From positions 930,001 through 994,000 of the forward strand of contig OZ287081.1 in the NCBI GenBank assembly GCA_965645245.1: a DNA stretch of 64,000 bases, read 5' to 3'. Positions 59,168-64,000 of this stretch are shown here, in pieces. Origin of the DNA: Massalongia carnosa. Taxonomy: Eukaryota. The translations under genes and the position numbers were made by a program. Position 1 is the stretch's first letter. Every line of letters starts with the position of its first letter. The notes below the pieces were generated by a model. It did not search any database. It worked only from the letters and a program-made list of their open reading frames with translations, and was not told the origin of the DNA.

Positions 59168-62100
59168 CAAATTTCTACACACTCAATCTGAGAAAAAAGA
59201 CCACCTATCGAAACACAAGTACCGCAACTTTTGATACTCTATAACTTTCACAGTCAATTGAACATCTCTTTCTCAGTCATTTGAGCTCCTCCAGAGCAAA
59301 AACGGACTCAGATTGAGTGTAGGAGAGCTCTAGCAAAGCTCCAGCAGAGATTTTCTGCTGGTCGCACGCGACAGACGCAATAAAGCGCGTTCGAGAAGTT
59401 ATAAAAAACAACAAATACTAATAATATCACCAAAAATCGCTCTTTTTACTCACTTTCTTCTGTTCTGTTGTCGCATTACCCTCAATTATTACTACAAGAA
59501 TTATCTACAAAAAATATCTACTGTCGCGGTACTGTACAACAACTGTCGCGACGACCAACTTTTTGGAAGTTCGTTTCTCATTTAAGGTTACGGGAACTTC
59601 CCCAAGCACAAATTTTCGCAGTATATTTCACGTATAATTTCTGCATATACCATTTTAGGCTTTATCGATCTCCATTGTACGGCTGGTCAACAGATCACTG
59701 AAAAGAAGGGGTAAAACGTCTGGAATAGGATTATACCAAAGATCCTATTTCAGATTAATCAGAATAGGAAGTTTCTTATTATATCTTACCTTGCCTTAGA
59801 TCTATTTTTATCGCAAAAAAGCAAATAAAAAACTTTCATTTTTTTCAACTATTGTTATGTCTGGTAAAGGGTTAAATAAGATTTACTGCCTAAGCGAGGA
59901 ACGGTCTATTTTAACCCGAATAGGATTTATTTGACGAGTTATTGTCATATAAATAGGGATAGGAAAGCAAGAGTCGTTAGACCTGTAAATTGGTGTAAAT
60001 TTCTATTCTGATTAGTACGTCCGGGGAACATCAGAATAAATTATTTGGTGGTGATAAAAGGGATATTGAAAAGGCATATCGATTTATTTATTAAATCATG
60101 TTCAATCCGGTACTCCCTAGGACTCGACGAATTATATCGAGAGCCTCCCCGGGAACACCCCTGAGCACTCCTCAAAACCCTCCCCAAATGGAATCTCCGG
60201 GGCTCTCGTCAGTAGGACTTATAGAAAAATCGCCTGTACTTGACGAGCCTATGGATCAATCACATGAATATTCGTCCGCCCCGACTATGCCGACCCCAAA
60301 AGCAACAAAATTCCTATCTGGACAATTTACTACCAATCTACCCATGCCATTATTAAACTCTAAAATAGAATTAAGCCCGCCTATCAAACGTAACAAACGA
60401 AAAACATTCGACGAATGAGTAGAGGAAAGCAAAGAAGCAATCAATCGAGCACAATCGATTGGATTACTCAAAACGGCTAAAACCGCGTTATTGAAGTCAT
60501 TTGTCTTAGATCAAAATCCAGAAACAGCAATAGTCATTGATAATGTCAATTCCTTATTGACAAAAAAATCAATTAATATAAAAACAACACTAGACATGAT
60601 GAATTGGAAATTGGACAAGCTAATTGATCAGACTAGTAATCGAGCCTCAGAAACAACGCGAAAATCGACTCGGGTTCAACAAGTCAATACGACTGAAAAT
60701 CCAAATTAAGTCGTCAACACGAACGCACGAAAGGAAACCGCCGGGGTTACGAGTACAAAGGTCAATAACACGCCTCCATCCTGGAGTCAAATACTTGGAA
60801 AAGCAACTGCGAATTCCGAAAATTGGACCACTGTTTCCAGATCGAAAAATTCGAGTCAAACCTCGAACAAATTCGACAAAACCGACGAATTAAATGCAAT
60901 CAAACTCAGACGACTGATAATTACACCAAAAATTCAAATCGGCGATATCGACTCATTGAAACTTCGAGATCAAATCAACGCGCAATTCAGCAACGCGAAG
61001 TTAGATATTGTAATCAACACGGTCGAAAATCGAAAACCGGTCAGAATATCGTTCTCACTACTAGTTCGAAAAACACTGCTGCAGAATTGTTGGAAAACAA
61101 ATCTATATGGGAACATATGTTCGATGCACAAAGAATTTGAAAAGACGAATCCTGGTTTAAAGTGATCGCACATGGAGTAAATATTGCAACGTTTGATCAA
61201 AATATGCAATATTTGCAAAATGAAATCCAGAAATTCAACCTTAACATGGAATTATGCGATTTACCCAGATGGCTAGCGCGAGACCGCGAAAATAAAGTCA
61301 ATTCTTCGGTCGTTTTGACTTTTAACGCTCGAAATCAGGCCTTAAACGCGTTAAAAGGCGTAAATATCGCGGGAAAACACTGTGACACGGAAATATTTAC
61401 TTCCGTTCGTCCGAATACAGAATGTATTAATTGTCAAAAATTCGGACACAATCATTATCAGTGTCGAAACAAATCAAAATGCAATATTTGTGCACAAAAT
61501 CATGAAACACGTAATCATGAATGCATAACATGCAAATCGAAAACTTCGTGTTCACACGTTGTTGTGAAATGTGCAAACTGCAATAAAAATCATCAATCAA
61601 ATGATGAATATTGTGAAATTTTTACTGCATTAATTAAATCCACGAAAATCGGCTTACGAATTATCCGCCTTATAATGGCAGGACATCATTCGTTGGCAAA
61701 TATAGAAAATACTCACAATGTCAAATTTATTCAACACAACTGTGGAAGGTCAACGAATGCAATGACTTCGTGTTTGGAATATGCTTTATCAAATCAAATT
61801 GATATTGTTTTGTTTCAGGAACCATGGACACGAGATCAAAAAACAATATCACATCTGTCATTTACATGCATTATGCCGAAAATAGCGACTTATCGCTCGA
61901 GAGTAGCTATATTTGTCACAAAATGCAATCCCAAACTGCAATATACGCCTAGAACGGATCTTATTGACGATTCCGATATGAAAATTATTGAAATTACAAT
62001 TGATGAAGTTCGAAAAGTGCAGATTTTCAATATTTATAACGAAAAAAGTCAAAATGATCGAGAAACATACACGATCGATCGACTTTTAATCAAATATCAA

Positions 62101-64000
62101 CCTATATCAACTAATCAATTCGTCATATGTGGAGATTTCAATGCACATCATAAACTGGTGGAATTCAAAAATTCAACACCCAATTCGATCAGATAATTTA
62201 GTCAAATGGTTGAAAATAAACAAATGTAGTTTGATAAACACACCTGATTTATGCACATTCTACGCCTATTCTGGAAGTTCATCATCTGTTATTGATTTAA
62301 CATTTGCAAATTCCAAAATCGAAAATGCAATTACAAACTGGGCAATCGATGAAAACGCAGTCACAGGTTCCGATCATGAAGTCATCCGATTTGAACTAAT
62401 CGCATCTTTCAAGAATTTGACGTCACATGCAACCGCATTATCGAATAAATATAATTGCAATAAAGCCGATTGGAATAAATGTGCGAAGTATCTAGAGGAA
62501 AATTCAATCAACTACGAATCAAAAGTTCAAAGTTTATTGAATAATCATCCATTCGAAGAATCAGTGATACATTTGCAAAAAATTATCAAAAACGCGGCTG
62601 AAATGATTATTCCGAAAACAAAAATATGTGCAAAATCGAAAAATTGGTGGTCGCAAGATTTAACCGAACTTCGAAAAATCATGTGCAGGCATCGTCGAGA
62701 ATGGAAGAATTATCCGTCCGATTTTAGTCATCGGACGTTTAAACATAGTCGAATCGAGTATTTTTATGCAATTCGAAAAGCAAAACAACAAACCTGGTTG
62801 ACTTTTCTAGAAAATGCAGCGAATAAAGACGTGTTTACCGCGTATAAATATACTAAACCGCGCATATTCGAAAAAATACCGCCGATTCTACATGAAAATA
62901 AGCTTAATGTTCAGTTTGATGACAAATGCGATGCGTTTGTGTCAGCAATGTACAATAAAAACCCATTTATAGACGATAATGTCGAAGATTTACAAAATCA
63001 AGACAGCGAAAATGATGATAATTGGCCAGATTTGACTGAAAACGAGCTGCAAAATGCGATTAGTTTATTTAATCCGAAGAAAGCATGTGGACCTGATGCA
63101 ATCAATTTTACAATTGTTCAAAAATCGTTTCAATCGTTGAAAAACGTGTTTTTCATGATTTATTCGAAATTCATTCGAATCGGTTATCACCCGTTATGCT
63201 GGCGGACAGGACTCGGTGCAGTTCTGAAAAAACCTAATAAATCAGACTATTCGCTACCAAAATCATATCGAATTATCACATTACTAAATTGTCTTGGTAA
63301 AATTGCTGAGAAAATCGTTGCAAATCGACTAGCCTACTTCGGCGAAAATTCGAATTTACTAGATATCGAACAGATGGGCGGACGCAAAAATCATTCTTCA
63401 ATTGACGCAGTAATGAACCTCGTTCATGAAATCGAAATTGCGAATCGAAATAAAAACGTTTTATCCTGTTTATTACTCGATGTCAAAGGCGCATTTGACT
63501 TTGTCTCGATTAATCAACTGCTAAATATCATGAAAAAGCTGAAATTATCTCGCATAATAATTCAATGGGTTAAGCATTTCATAACAAAACGATTGATCAA
63601 TTTGATATTCGATGAAAACAAAAGCAAAACATATTTTGTCGAATCAGGAATTCCACAAGGTTCACCAATCTCGCCTATTCTATTTCTGATTTACATTCGT
63701 CACTTGTTTCCGAAAATACGAATGAAATTTAATGCACATTCTCCCAGTTTTATTGACGAGGTTGCAATATATGTCGAAAATAAAACTGCAAAACAAAATT
63801 GCAAAGAAATCGAAATCATAGTCAAAACAGGTTTTGAATGGGCCGCATTGAATAATGTCAAATTTGATGACGATAAATCCGAGCTGATTCACTTCGAAAA
63901 GACAAGAAATGTATCGAAAGACACATTGGAATTACCAAACGGGACAATACTAGAACCGAAAAATGTAGTCAAATGATTGGGCGTCTGGCTAGACCGAAAA
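59168..64000 (+). mobile_element. Tad1-like LINE L-d, same family as L-c, runs off the window end
   Basis: 5' UTR repeats 54817 onward from ~59211; fragmented ORF1 60098-61675; ORF2 from 61675 with frameshift ~62150; PQGSPISP, FIDE; TGA at 63974. Confidence 0.92.

Overview
Filamentous ascomycete (Pezizomycotina-type) nuclear DNA. A 10.5-kb island of four intron-containing host genes (monothiol glutaredoxin Grx3/4, MMS19, an MFS transporter, HRD1; ~27.8-38.1 kb) lies between two nests of transposons. Left nest: three pogo/Fot1 remnants, one Ty1/copia element, three Ty3/gypsy elements (E1-E3), a LINE 3' fragment and a Mutator-like element. Right nest: a copia LTR stub, four Tad1-like LINE segments, two more gypsy elements (E4, E5) and two solo LTRs. 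Most ends and target-site duplications can be read directly. The strongest unexpected signal is a shared gag-pol recoding cassette in four sequence-divergent gypsy elements: GG(G/A)AAAA, a 5-nt spacer, a 9-10 bp stem of unrelated sequence, and a conserved 8-nt loop WWAGWCGC. Other signals: Tf1-type self-priming sites that covary, a UGA plus 8-nt spacer plus putative pseudoknot in the copia, a conserved double hairpin at two LINE 3' ends, and a long covarying LINE 5' UTR. All coordinates and comparisons were done by eye; no database searches were run.
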